This document shows positions 33,175-61,860 of a DNA stretch of 64,000 nt, piece after piece; within the stretch, counting starts at the first letter, position 1, and each line of letters starts with the position of its first letter. This DNA comes from the human T2T-CHM13v2.0 reference genome, Homo sapiens, in NCBI RefSeq assembly GCF_009914755.1, contig NC_060943.1; one strand, written 5' to 3'. The notes beneath the pieces are model-generated. The model saw only the letters and a program-made list of their open reading frames with translations, did not search any database and had not been told where the DNA came from. A program made the translations under genes and the position numbers.

Positions 33175-35956
33175 CCCAATGACAAAACTCCATGGACATA
33201 ATCAGTACTGGAGCTCAAATTACAGTTATACCGGGGGATCCCATTAAATTTAAGCATTGTGCCTCTCCTATCTTAAGAAAGTCACTATATATAAAATAGA
33301 GAAAAAGTAGGAATGCCTCACTTTAAATGTAGCCTTGCCTATATTTCCCAAGTCATAATACCCATTGCCCTAATATATCCCATATTGGAGCATAGATGCT
33401 CTAACATAAATCATAAATTAAGGTAGGTCTTTTACAAACTGGCTTGATAAAATGGGACCCCATGAATACCCAGTTAAAATAGTTAATCTGGTCCAATATA
33501 GGGTACAACAGGGCCTTCAAGGGTTAAACCTAATTAATAAAAAGGCAATTATCCCAACTGCTTCTCTATTTGATATCCCAATCTTGCCTGTTAAACCTGG
33601 GGGATAAAAAAAGGGTAAAGTGCCTCATGGTGCATTACTATAACCTTAACAATGTGTTCCTACCAATTAGGGCCCCCATACAAAACAGCTAATATTATTA
33701 AAATTACTGATTCTATTAAATCAATAATGAGCAAATATTTTGCTTTTATAGATTTGGAGAGTGTGTTCTGTTCCAGGCCCATTTCAATAGCCTCTCAACT
33801 ACAGTTCACCTTCATTTCTGAAGGAACACAATACTCCTGTTTCAGGCTACCTGTGGGGTACCTCAGCAGCTCTGCCATCACACACAGTCTTTGCAAGATA
33901 GATCATAGCTGCATCCATTTTTCTCCAGGAGCACAGGGTGGAAGGCTGGATCGAGGGTGCTTATTTTCCTTGGACTCAATGACCATAGAGACTGTCCCAT
34001 GCTTCAGGCAGCTACTCATCTGCTATGGCACCCATTTGAGCCTAGACTTCCACAAACAAAAACAGAAGATCTGTTGAATGTACTGCACACTGTTCTGGTA
34101 ACTATTGGTCTCCTTACTGCTGATTGGGATGATTCACTGGTTTTCAATTCAGAGGTCTAAACTCCCCAAATAAGCCTCAACCAAACATGGCAAATGCTGA
34201 GTTGCACATCAACTTGAGAGGGTACCCATTTAAAAAGGACACCCAAGTCCCACATCTCAGATGATTTCACCCTTGCCCAGAAGCTCACTGCTGGAGATGA
34301 CACTGCCCCAGCCCAAGTCTTTGCCATTGTAGATGACTTTACCTCTTGTGCCAGGGACAACTTCACCCCAGATATGAAAACCTCTGTCCCAGTGGTGCCT
34401 ATGGAGTGCCTCTCCTAAGGCATGCATTAAACATGGGGTATTTATGCTTTTCTCCCTTGGATGTTAAAGGTTCTACTATGTTTCTGAGCTTGCTGTCTGC
34501 CTAACCTATGATTCTGGTATATTCCTTGCTCTTTGCCAAAATGTACACCCTACACTTCCATGTCTAACAGGAAATCTAGTAGAGGTTACTACTATCTATG
34601 CCGTTCTAAAAATTAGTGGAAATTACTGCTTTCCTCGGGAGGCATCTGCCTCAAATCAGTCAACCCCTTCTCCCCCTAGAAAGAGTACCATTTACTCCCT
34701 GATGCCTTTTCTACTCTCACCTTGCATCTCCTACTATGATCACTCTTTCCCCTTGATCACACACAAATACCACTAACCTTTACATATACCTATCATTTCA
34801 TACCCTTCCAACATTACAACTGCCAAACTTGTCACTTTGACCTGAACATGTTTCTAATGCACTTAATAACACTACCAAGATATTGTTAGTGACCCTAAAG
34901 ATTTCAGAACTACTGTCTTGGATAATACCATATAACCAAATTTAAAAACTCCCAAAGCGCCATTTGCTTAAATCTACCACCTGCCTTCATTCCTCACCAG
35001 GGATGGCTACATGTTATGACCAAGTTAACCTATGGGCTTACCACTTGTGCCCAGGAGCCAACCAGCAGTGGCCAATTCCCCACCCCGAGGCCTTCACCCT
35101 CCTTACAATGATACTCTCATGGGTACACTATACTCTGAATAATGGCACATTTGGTTTTTTTTGTGGCTTGAAATCACAGGCACAGCACCTTATGTATTTT
35201 TCCTTGCCAATCACCCTGGATGTTTTCCCTAATAAAATCTGGTAAATAGTGTTTACACTGGGGATTGCCATGGTTCTTTGTCCACTTGGTACTTCCCTGT
35301 TTCCATTAACCCAAAGACACAAGGCAAAATGGGCAGTGTTTATCCCTATCTTAATAGGACTTGCCATAGGCACAGGAGCCACCACTGCTGACACCAATAC
35401 AGCAGGCTTTGTCGAATAAGATCAAATCATAACTGCCAAGCAGCGTCATTACGTGGCCCTTTCAGATCATATTCAAAGGCTGTACAAAATACTGTCCTTA
35501 ATACAACAAGCCCATGAGTCTCTAGCTCAAATGGCAATAGATAACAGGCTGGCTCTTGACTATTAGCCAGGGAAGGAGGAGTTTGTGCCACTCAGGATAC
35601 CTCCTACTGTATGTACATTAATAACTCTGGACAGGTACAGGCCAACTATGAGGAACAGGTCAAAAGGTAAAGGTTTTTCATGACTTAGCCAAATATTCCA
35701 ACAGATTCCCTTAAATCCAGGGGTGCCTGGCCCGTTCTCTTGGCTTTCCTCCACAAAGTGGGATGCCGTGTTACAAACTGGATACCAAACCCTCATCATA
35801 TGCCTAATAGGACTCTTCTGAGCTGTTACCTTTATTAAAGTTTACCTTCAGTGGCTAAGTCATGCTGTCCCAGGCACCTTTAACATCACAACCCAGGTGG
35901 CAAGTGTTATCCATCCGATTAGTATTGTAATGATGTTGAGGCACCACAGGGCAAAC
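33175..35956 (+). mobile_element. ERVL-class internal remnant: protease, partial RT, then gamma-type env
   Basis: ISTGAQITVIPGDP (ERVL-like protease site), YFAFIDLESVFCSRPI...LPVGYLSS (RT), KWAVFIPILIGLAIG fusion peptide, DNRLALDY.LAREGGVCATQDTSYC (ISD and decayed CX6CC). Confidence 0.8.
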
Positions 35957-36339
35957 TGTAATGTAAATTTTAAAGCACTGTATTTTCCTGCTGCCTCGGT
36001 ATCCCCACAAACAGGCTGTGAGCCCCCCAGCCAGCTATACCAGTGTGATTAGGCTGGCCCTGCCACAAGTTCTGTTGTGCTGTTTGTGTACTCCATCCTG
36101 GCTGCCAATAAAGGCACTTCCCCATAGGTCTTCATTCTCTTGGCTCCCTAACAGCTCAGTTGAGCCAGCCTCCTTGATGCTGTCTGTGCCCCCTTGGTTC
36201 CCTTGGTGTGCAATGACTCTCTCTCTAGGACCTGTAAGTATAATAAAACTTTGTTCTTTGACAAGCCTCTCCTGCGTTTCCTCCTCTGCCTACACCTGAC
36301 TGACAGTCCTATGAGCACACAATTTAAATAGTTCTAACA
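35957..36339 (+). repeat. 3' LTR of the ERVL-class element (MER74/MER73/LTR53-like, subfamily uncertain)
   Basis: Starts TGT after CAGGGCAAAC, contains AATAAA, ends TAACA where L1 sequence resumes. Confidence 0.65.
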
Positions 36340-36598
36340 ACACAGGAATCATGCAAAATATTCAATCCAAAGGCAGAAGTGGGGTCGGGGGAGAAAATAA
36401 AGAGAATAGATTAAACAAAGAGAAAAACCAATAGCAAAATGATAAATTGAAACCCAGCAATATAATCACACTAAATTCAATGACCTAATTAAAAGGCAGA
36501 GATTTTCAAAGTAGATAAAATGCAAGATCCAATAATATTTCGTACAAGAAAACCATTTTAAATATAATGACAAAAATTAATTAAAAATCAAAGGACAT

Positions 36599-36898
<300 letters not shown>

Positions 36899-38321
36899 TC
36901 AAAGGACACAGATACACCATTGTAATAGTAAGCAAAAGAGCACTAGAGAGGCTGTATTAATATTACACAAAGTTAACTTCAGAACAAAGACTATTACCTA
37001 AATATTTATATACCTAATGAAAGAACTTAAAAATGATAGATATGCAAAGAGAAATAGACAAATCCATAATTACAGTAGTTTTTTAAAAAAAGAAAACACC
37101 ATTCTCTACATAAGTGACAGAACAAGTAGAAAATCAGGACTCAGAAGACATGAGCAACACTCTCGACCATATTGACTTACTTGACATTTATAGAACACCC
37201 AACAAGATCAGAATGCACACTATTTTCAGTAATAATGTGTAAACATTCTTCCAGGATAGACCACATTCCAGATCATAAAACAAACCTCGACAAATAGAAA
37301 AGGGTTCAAGTCATGCAAAGTATGTTCTCAGACCATAATCAAACTTCATAGATCAAAGAAGAAATCAAAAGGGAAATTAAAAATTATTAGAACTGATTGA
37401 AAATTATGTCAGAATTTATGGAATGCTACTAAACCAGTATCTGGAGTGAAATTTATAGCATTAAAGGCCTATATTAGAAAAAGAATGAAAGGTCTCAAAT
37501 TAATGACCTCAGCTTTAGAAGGTTGAGAAATTCTGACCCAAGTGTAAAACATACAACTGTTAAATTTTTAGAAAAAAGGAAAAAAAAATTTTGTGTATCT
37601 GCTAAAATCATCCCATGACTTCACATAGCAATTAGAATTAAATCCAAATTTCATGGTACCCTATCTGTGCATATGGCCTGCTACTCCACTCCATCATTAA
37701 TTTCTATTCTCCCTGTCAAGCCACACTACATTGAGCTGTATCCTCCAACAGTCCAAGCTCTTGTCACCCTTGAGGTCTTGGATATGTGGTTCTCTCTTCG
37801 GGACTCCTGTATGCTTCCTGGTTCTGCATATCACCTAACAGACTGTAGGTTCATTTTCCCATGTGTTTAATGTCCACCTTCCTACTCTTACAGAGAGTAA
37901 CACAGCTCCATGGAGAAGTGCATGGCCAAGGTCACCCAATGGGTCATGGAAACACTAAATGATCCGAAATCCCAATCTATCATCTAGGCTCTTAGCCACC
38001 AGGCTCAAGATAGGTACAGCCACAGCTACAGCAGAGGTGGTCACTGTGAGGGAGGATGGGGTCTTCAGCTCTTCCCAATGAGTAGAAAACTAAACTGCTA
38101 TCTGTATATATGATTGTGAATTCTATATTTGAGAATTCACCTACTAAAATTTTGTTATAACTCCAAAATCAATACTTTGAGGTTTTTGCATTTTTGCAGT
38201 CATTTGCAGACATGTGCAGAGTGATGAAAAAAATGATTCATCAAGCCTGCATGTCACCAGCTGAGGTCAAAGGTGATGCCTACTTTCTTGTTTCGGCATT
38301 CATAATGTCGTGTCATTTTCA

Positions 38322-38631
<310 letters not shown>

Positions 38632-39880
38632 TCATTCAGTCATGAGTTATACTGCTGTTGTCTGAGAGTTCAATGTCTACAAATCAACAACACAATACAA
38701 CCAGAAATAGGAGGAGGAAATTCACCTGTCTGTACATGAGGCAGCTCCTAAAAGTATAAAAAGGAACATCTATAATGCATAATGCATGATGAAGTTATAG
38801 AAAACATGAAAAAAGGCTAAATTTATGGGTGAATCAGATGATGACCAATAGAAAAGAATAGAGGACAGCATTATTGTGAGTCTTAAAGCCAAAGAAATTT
38901 ATGGTCACGATACCTAAGTAAGGAAAATGCTAACCCTGCTCAGCTAGTGCTGGCTACTCACACATTTCAAAAGGCACTACAACATAAAATGTATTAAACT
39001 TGCAGGCAAATTCTTCTGGGGGCTGTGGAAGAATTTAAATAATATCCACTAAATGTTATACAGGAAAAGGGTTATGTGAAAAACCAGGTTTCAACACTGA
39101 TGAGAATGGCTTGTTTTAAAAGAAAATGAATCTATATAGCACAAATGGCCTCCAAAGTCCCTTACTTTAAATCATTCAAAGATCCTGCAACCTTGCTACT
39201 GTGCATCAGTACTAATGGTGACTATAAGTGCAAACCACTAATGGTGTAGAGAACCCCAAATCCGTAGGAACTTAAAGAGAAAAACCTGAGCCATATGCAA
39301 GTCCACTGTAAGTGGAACAGAAAAGCATGGATGACTTCAGAACTATTCTGGGATTGGTTTTACAACTGCTTCATCCAAGAAGTTGAATGCTATCTCCAAG
39401 GCAAAAACTTTGCCTTCAAAGTTTAATTAATTTTAAATAATGCTCCAGTTCATTGCCATAAAGAACTTGAAAATTCCCACTGCAACCTAGACATTCTTTT
39501 TATGGCCACAAACACATGTGTCATACAACCCTTCAATCAGAGCATACTTAAAAGCTTTCAGGGTGCACAACATGAATGACCTTTATAGCAAGGCTTGTGA
39601 GGCTCTCAACACCAACAAGGAAACCACCGTTTTGGACTACTGGAAGCCAGTCACTGTATGCAATGTTATTTAGGCATCAAAGTCAGTGATGATAAAGATG
39701 GTGACGAAGGTCAGCCTAAGATTCCAAGAACTGTTCTCACAGCAGCAAAAATATCAAACTGAAATCCTGCCCTGGAAACATTTTCAATTACATGGAAGAA
39801 TGTGACCCTATGCTCGAATGTAGCCTCAAATTTAAGCCCCTAACCTCCAATGCACTCCTTTATGCTGGGACACTGAGGTG

Positions 39881-40170
39881 GAGCCGGGCACAGTGGCTCA
39901 CGCCTGTAATCCCAACACTTTGGAGGCCGAGGAAGGAGGATCACTTGAGTCCAGGAGTTTGAGACCACCTGAGCAATATAGTGAGACCCCCATCTCTACA
40001 AAAAACAAATTAGCTGGGCATTATGGCACATACCTGTGATCCCAGCTACTTGGGAGGCTCAGGTGGGAGGATTGCTTCAGCCCAGGAGGCAAGGCTGCAG
40101 TCAGCCGTGATCACTCCACTGCGCTCTAGCCTGGGCAACAGAGTGAAACCCTGTCTCAAAAAAGATAAAA
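39881..40170 (+). mobile_element. AluJ element inside Tigger
   Basis: Dimeric Alu with GGAGGATCACTTGAG / GGATTGCTT. Confidence 0.9.
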
Positions 40171-41620
40171 ACACTTTAGGCGAAAAGCCAGACAAGGCTG
40201 ATGCAATTTTTCATGCCAGCTCAGGAGGGAAAACTGCTGATGATGTCAACAAGTGGCAAAAGTCAAACTCCTGAAGTAAAACTGCCAGATGTTGATATGG
40301 CACCCTCAGTAATGCCTTCCTCTTCTGAAAAGTAAGTTGCATCAACCTCTTCCTTAGTTTTTTGGGGGTAAGTTAAAGTCAAGCAGTTTAACCATACAGT
40401 GCGCTGTCCCATCACACATCTTGCAGCTCCATCAAAAGTACAATTTTAATCTTTTTTTAATCTTTAATGTTTTTCCCCCAGGACTATCTTTATTGGCACG
40501 ACTGTACTGTATAGTATAGGTGTTCACAGTACCATTTACTGTTATGAATACTGTACAGTTTGCTGTGTTTATTGTACATGAATACTGTATATGTGTACTG
40601 TGTGTACATAATTAAGAGTTAAAGCAGTACAATAATATACTGAGTACATTACACAAACATGCTATAATTAAAATATTTTTATTATAAAGAATAATTATAA
40701 TTATTCAAGAAACACTGATAAAGTGTCTTTAAACAAACAAACAAACAAATACCCATAGAAGAAGGTTATGTGTTGACTGGTTGATAAAAATGTTTGGATC
40801 AGAGGCTCACAGAAGCTAACGCTGTATTTCCCCTAGCAACAATCATTCAGCATTCACTAATTCAGTGTGCACAGAAAATTCACAGAACCTAACTACCACG
40901 AGTAACAATTCACTGCATATAAATGTACATGTGTACATGTGCACATGTGTTAAGTATTTCATGACTCAAGCCTTTATATTTCTCACAAAGACACACTCCC
41001 TCAAGGGTAGAGATGACAGTTTTGGAACAATGAATACTTTTACTAAATGTTGGCAGAGCTGCCCTCAATGGTCCAACTCTCCTGGCTCTGGACTTAGAGA
41101 TATATATATGTAAAACACACAAAGGGGATGAGACTTTTTCAATGTCTTATTCCCTGCTCCATCCCCCAACCCGCCAAATGACAAACTGTCATAAACAGGG
41201 AAACTGAAAACAAGTTATGCACATCTTTTTCTTTTATCTTCTAGATTGTTTCCTCCATCTCTCATTATTTTAAAATATGCTTGAGATGGATTTATAGTAT
41301 TAATAAGAGGAAAGTTGTTCCTGACATTTTACCTAAATGCATGTTAACCACCAGGTCTCTCCCCTCGATTATTCTCAGGTACAGTGTAAGGCTCTAAACT
41401 GGGTGAATCTTTAATATAATTCTTTGGATGACAAGTGATTACCTGCCATAAAAAGATTTCACAGGGACAATTCTGTTTCTAGTTAGTATAAATTATCAGA
41501 TACTAAGACATCTCTCTGGCCAAAATATTTCCCTCAATAGTTATACTCAAAAGGAAAGGTATGTCACCACTATGAGTTCACTAAAGACAAACACACTTGT
41601 AATAGGCCTTCCTGTATCTT

Positions 41621-55429
<13,809 letters not shown>

Positions 55430-56214
55430 GGGCCCAGGGGGCTGGGTGAGGCCGTGAGAGTCGGCGAGGAAGCCGGTCCTGCGGGCTCGGCCGACCCCGG
55501 GCTCCGGCTCTGGGCTGCGAGGGACCTCAGTCCCCGCCGTCGTGTAAAATGCACACAAGGTTCGCGGCGCCGCCTCTGCGCGCCGTGAGGACACAGGGCT
55601 GTCGCCAAGGCCCCAGGAAGGGTTTTGCAGACGCTTGTGGGGGTGGGATCGCGGCTGACATAAAAGCGTGTAAGTGGGTCCTATCCTCCTCACTGTCCGT
55701 CTCTACTCGGTCTCGAAAAGTGGCCCCTGTCTGGCGTTCTACCCAGTGTAGCGTTGGCAACCACAGCAGCCGCAACCTAACGGCGGACGAAGACTGGACG
55801 CCGGAAGTCCCGCCCACGCCGCTACGGGAACGCCCCTCTGCGCCTTCCGTCTATGGCTTGGGGTCGGCTTCCGTCCCTTGTAGCACTGCCTTCTGGGTAA
55901 TGTAGTTTGACGGAATCCGGGTGGTACCTGGAGCGCACTTTCTGTTCTCGGTGAGGCGGCTTCTCAAGGCTCCCAAGAAAGGGATTGGCTTCACCTCTTC
56001 TTAAAGGAGAGGCACACAGAGTTCCGTGGAAATTATCTGAGGCAATGACCCACTCTCAAATGTCTCTACCAGGCAACTCACGCCTTGACTTTCCTCCCTG
56101 TGTATCCCTGCGCCAGCAGTTCATCTCTCTGAGCCTTGAGATGGAGATTCCTAAGGAAAATGAAGATAATTATTTAATATGATAATATTAAAATTTCCCC
56201 TATCAGTAATTTTC

Positions 56215-56365
56215 AGATGACATCAGCATTACCTGCGAATTTGTTACCAATGCAAGTTCTTAGTCCCCACCCACTGAATCAGGTACTCTGGGGGGGTGGG
56301 ACCCAGCCCTCTGCTTAACTTGTCCAGGAAAAGTGGATGCTGCAAAACATTTGAGAACCAGACTC
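56215..56365. mobile_element. MER5A-like hAT MITE
   Basis: CATCAGCATTACCTG..AATTTGTTA..AATGCA...TTTGAGAACCA. Confidence 0.7.
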
Positions 56366-57395
56366 TTTAAATTCCAGTAAATAAATGAGACAAAGCCACC
56401 TGTTTGGTGGGAAGTAACTAAGAATTGCTTAGCACTGGGCCTGGAACATACCGATAAGAACATAAGAGCTATTGCTGTCATTATTAATATTCTGTATTAT
56501 TGGCAACATCATCACAATACACTGCTAGGGGAGGGTCTGAGATACTTCTTTGCAGACTCTGATATTTGTCAAAACAAATACGTTGACTGATTCAACAGGA
56601 GCCTCATGAATACTGTTTAAATTTTACATAATAATACGTTGCAGCATTTGGCGTATGCATCTTTTTAAAACGGTATATGCAGGAGGGTTTCCTAATATAC
56701 AGGTAGACCTATTGCCCAAGGGATACTTTCTTACATGATTCAAAACTTAGGATCACTGAGACTAATTACCTGCAGCCCTAAGGGAAGAGTGGAGTTGACA
56801 TGGTTTCTAGTTTGTGATGTAAGATGGCGTGTCACTGTTCATCTCTAATTCACAGCAACCAGGATCTGACCCCTCCCCATCTGCCCCTCCAGCCCCCAGG
56901 GAAGCCAGAACCAGGCACAAACCAGATGGCCCAGCTTATGCCCAGCAACTCAGGGTCACCAGATCTTGTCTCATCAAGACACTTTCAGCCCACCACCCAA
57001 ACCTGTAGCCCACATGAAGAGGGCAATAATCCTGGACACTGTGAAAAGTAAAAGCATTACATCCAAAGAGGCATCCCCAGGATGGAGCAGAAATAAGAAA
57101 ACATAATGAAGACACAATTTTGCAATCACTTCTGCCTATATTCCATGGCCTACAAACCACTCAAATAGCTCCACATGTAAGAGAAGCCAGGATGTGCTGT
57201 CCTCCAGAGCATCCAGAAAGAGATAATGGGACTGATAAGTCCTTGGCCATTTTCTAGTAAAATCTATTAATTTAGTCATCAGATTTCCATTCTATTATTT
57301 ATCCTATACATTCTACACTCTCACATGCTTCTTAATGCGAGAAGCCAAAATCTGCATGCAGTCTCTGACCTCATCTGAATGTTAAGATCTCAGGG

Positions 57396-57842
57396 TGATA
57401 TGTTATGCATCTAGTCCAGATTTTGGGTGGGGATGCAGCCAAACCATATAATATTATGGGGCCTGTTGGGAGGTGACTGGATCGTGAGGGTAGATTTCTC
57501 ATGAATGATTTGATGCCATCCCCTTGGTGCTATTCTTGAGATAATGAGTTTTCTCAAGATCTGACTGTTTAAAAGTGTGTGGCATCTTCCCCTCACTCTC
57601 TCTTGCTCCTGCTCTCACCATGTGCTACACTGGCTCCCCCTTTGCCTTGCACCATGATTGGAAGCTTCCTGAGGCCTCACCAGAAATTGAGCAGATGCTA
57701 GTGCTATGCTTCCTGTACAGCCTGCAGAACTGTGAGCCAAGTAAACCTCTTTTCTTTGTAAATTACCCAGTCTGGGGTATTCCTTCGTAAATTACCCAGT
57801 CTCAGGTTTTCCTTTACAGCAAAGCAAGAACAACCTAACACA
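57396..57842 (+). mobile_element. MSTB-like MaLR solo LTR, rearranged
   Basis: CCATGATTGGAAGCTTCCTGAGGCCTC, CCTGCAGAACTGTGAGCCAA, end CTAACACA. Confidence 0.82.
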
Positions 57843-59224
57843 TTTACCAACTTATGAATGGATAAACAAAATGTGATATATCCTTATAACAGATTATTCA
57901 GCCATAAGAAAAGACTGCAGTGCTGATATACAATACAGCATGGAGGAACACTGAAAACATGTAAGTGAAAAAATCAGCTACAAAATAACCACACAGTATA
58001 TAATTCCATGTATATGAAGTGTGCAGGATAGGCAACTCTATAGAGGTTGAAGGTAGATTAGTGATTGCTTAGGGATGGTGGGTAGTGGTGGGACAGCCGA
58101 TTGATATCTAAGGGATATGGAGTTTCTTTGTGAAGTGATGAAATGTTTTAAGAATAACTGTGGGGGATAGTTGCACATATATTTAAATATGTTAAAACCA
58201 CTGAATTATGTATTTTGAACGTGTGATTTATATGGTAAGTGAATTATATCTCATGAAGGCTTTTTAAACAAAACAACACTGCTGTAACTTAGACCAAACC
58301 AAAGTTTGTGTCAAATCCTGCTATGTAATATTTGTTACATTTTATAGTCTAAAATCTAAGCTTTATTTATGAGGATACTCACTTCATTGCTGAGGTGTGT
58401 CAACAAAACATATTAGTAAATTTATACGAACAAAATATTAGACCTATTACTGCGAAAATACAAAACTTGGAAATAGGAAAATTTCTTTAAAAAGAATCCT
58501 ATTTAGAGTCAAGGGAAGTTATGAAACACATCAAGGAAATGAGTAGTTGCTAAATATTGAGTTAATATGTTATACATTCCTTCTCAGTGATTACAGAATA
58601 CTTATATCAAATGAAATTAGATGAAATATATATTTGAAAGGTAAACATCCAAAGTAGAATAAATTTATCATTTTGTATCCTAAGTAATAGAATTTCTTTG
58701 TTGCATTTACTTTCAATCAACAAAATAGGTAAGTGCTTTATTGCTACTACTTTGATTTATTTCAAAACCTCTTTGTACAATGTACAAAATGTAAATGTAA
58801 CTTTAATGTAAATTGTTTTTATATAAATTGTGACTCAAAATATTTGGACAGACAAGTTGTGTGAGATGGGCTTTAGGCAATCATGCAATCCTAACTCATA
58901 TTTCATACAGAATTCATATATTTTATTTACACATATTCACTTCACACAAGACTAGGGCTAAATTTAAGTTAATGGGTTTGATTATTATTTTCCCACATTA
59001 AATAACAACACTATTTATATACACCTCAGGGATATTCCCAGAATTTTAAACATGGGCTTGCGATTCTTCAGCTCTTGAATCAAACAAAAATGTTCTGGAG
59101 TTTTATAAACTAATTAGCAAGGCAGCGGCTGTTTCTATTGAATAATTCACTGCTATTTCTGTGATTCTAATAAATGATTGCAAAAACAGGAAATCACAAC
59201 TAACCAAATTCCTCACATTATTAG

Positions 59225-59693
59225 TGAGGAATTAGTGGAGCCCCAAAGTGGGGCTCAGACTGTGAGGGTTCTTGGCTTCACCCAGGGAAGGATTCAAGGG
59301 CAAGCCAGTGGTAGAAGAAAACAGTTTTATTGAATAGGCAGTGTTACAGCTCTGTGACTGCCTCTGCAGAGCAGGGCTACCCCATCGGCAGAGAGTAGCA
59401 GCTCAGGGCAGTTTTGCAGTCATATTTATACCCACTTTTAATTACATGCAGATTAAGGGGCGGTTTATGCAGAAATTTCTGTGGAAGGGGTAGTAACTTT
59501 TGGGTCATAGGGTCACTGCCATGGAAAGGGGTAGTAACAGCCAGGTGTTGCCATGGCAATGGTAAACTGACATGGCACACTGGTGGGTGTGTCTTATGGA
59601 AAGTTGCTTCCACCTCATCCCTGTTTTAGATAGTCCTCAATTTGGTCCAATGTCTGACCATGCCTCTGGAGTTGAGTCTTGCCTCCTATCTTA
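59225..59693 (-). mobile_element. ERV1 solo LTR (MER66-like)
   Basis: Minus strand GATAGGAGGCAAGACTCAACTCCAGAGGC...CATTGCCATGGCAACACC; AATAAA on minus strand. Confidence 0.7.
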
Positions 59694-59781
59694 AAACGAT
59701 AAAAGCATTATGAGGAAATTGTCAAGCCCAAGGGTGAGGTGAAGAATTCTTAGATATGATACCAAAAGGGACATAAAGGGG

Positions 59782-60197
59782 ACAAAACATGATCAATTTT
59801 TAAAATATTTGCTCTGGATATTTAAATATATATTTAAAATATATATTATATATATCCAGAGCAAATATTTAAAAAATTGATCATGTTTTGTATTATGTAT
59901 ATTTATCTATATTATATATTATATATTAATATATTATATATTATATATTAATATATTATATATTATATATTAATTAATATATAATATATATTATATATAA
60001 TATATATTAATTAATATATAATATATGATATATATTAATTAATATATAATATATTATATATTAATTAATATATAATATATGATATATATTAATATATTAT
60101 ATATTAATATATTATATATAATCTATATATCTATATTATATATAATATTATGTATAAATATATATTTATATATATCATATATATAGGATATATATAC
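59782..60197. repeat. Foldback inverted repeat plus AT-rich low-complexity tract
   Basis: 40-bp arms 59782-59821 and 59852-59891; ~300 bp of almost pure A/T follows. Confidence 0.9.
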
Positions 60198-60204
60198 TGG
60201 ATAT

Positions 60205-60750
60205 GTATAAAATGAAATATTATTCAGCCTTTAAAAAATGAGGAAATCCTGCCATGTGCAACAATATGGATGAACCCAGAGAGCATTATGCTCAGTTAAA
60301 TGAGCCAGTCACAGAAGAACAAATATTGTATGATCCCACTTATATGAGGTATCAAAAAAAGTCAAACTCATAGAGGCAGAGAGCAAAATGGTGGGCACCA
60401 GGTCTGGGAGGAGGATAAGTGGGGAGATATTGAACAGGTACAAAGTTTCAGTATGCAAAGTGAATATGTTCTAGAGAGCTGCTGAACAACACAGTGCCTG
60501 TAGTTAACGATATTGTATACTTAAAATTTGTTAAGAGAGCAGATGTCAAGTTAAGCGTTCTTACTACAGTAAAAGGCGGGGAGGGGAGAGGTAGGAGGAA
60601 ACCTTTGGAGATGATGGATGTGTTTATTACCTTGATTATAGTGATGGTTTCACAGGTATACACATATGTTCTAACCAACCAAGTTGTATACAATAAATAT
60701 GTGCAGGTTTTTTTATATTAGTGACACCTCAATAGAGCTGTTAAAAAATC
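60205..60750 (+). mobile_element. L1M 3' end
   Basis: GGAAATCCTGCCATGTGCAACAATATGGATGAACC...CCTCAATAGAGCTG. Confidence 0.8.
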
Positions 60751-61690
60751 TCTGGGACACAGCTGAAAGACAATTTGAAGGGAAATCTATAATATTAAAC
60801 ACCTAAGAGAAAAAATGAAGGGTCTCAAATCATGGGTCTTAGTTTCCACATTAAATAACAAACCTGCAGGTTGTGCACATGTACCCTAGAACTTAAAGTA
60901 TAATAAAAAATATATATATATAAGAAATCAGAAAAAGAAAAGAAACAAAATGATTCAGAAAAAGGATATACTAAAGATCAAAATGGAAATCGATGAAATA
61001 AGCAGAAAAAACTTAGAGAAAATCAATGAAACTAGAAGCTTGAGATCAATGAAACTGATAAACGTCTAGCAAAGTTTTATCAAGAAATAGATGTCTCCAG
61101 GTTTAGAGACATTTTGTTGCATGACATTGCCAAAGTGAGAATATTTACACCAGGGAAATTGGCAAACACTACAAGTCAGAATTTTGTTGACTGTACAGCC
61201 TGAAAAATGTAATGGAGAATATGTTAATAATGCAGATTAAATTTAAAAGTATGTTGTGTCTATAGCTTTACATTGTAAACAGCACAAAATTTGAGAAAAT
61301 ATTCTTCTAGTATCCAAAAATATTTCTCAACTTAGCAAACAAGTCACTAACACCATTCATGAATGACTGAAGTACTAACAAATTTCTTTGTTGTTTCATT
61401 GTACTCTTGTTAGTGAAAACAGAAATATCTACCCAACCAACATTCATTTTAAAAAGGCAAAAAATATGAATGGATATCTCACAAAAGTAGATATATGGGT
61501 GGCAAAAAAACATACAAAATAATTTCCCAAATCATGAGTCTTTACAGAAATGTAAGATACTACTTGGCACCTCCTATTGGAATGGCAAAAATTAAAAACA
61601 CTGACAACACCAATTGTTGGTGAGGATGTGGAGAAACTGGAACTCACCAACACTGCTGGTGAGAACAAAAAATGGCACAACCACTTACAT

Positions 61691-61829
61691 TTTTTTCAGT
61701 GGTCTTACTCTGTCACCCAGGTTGGAGTGCAATGGCACAATCCTATACTCAAATCCTGAACTCAAGCAATCTTCCCACCACAGCCTCCTGAGTAGCTAGC
61801 TGGGACTACAGGTATGTGCCACCATGCCC

Positions 61830-61860
<31 letters not shown>

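Noticed and set aside
33652-34077. 141-aa ORF as a functional reverse transcriptase
   Set aside because: Partial RT lacking the YxDD region, with surrounding frameshifts
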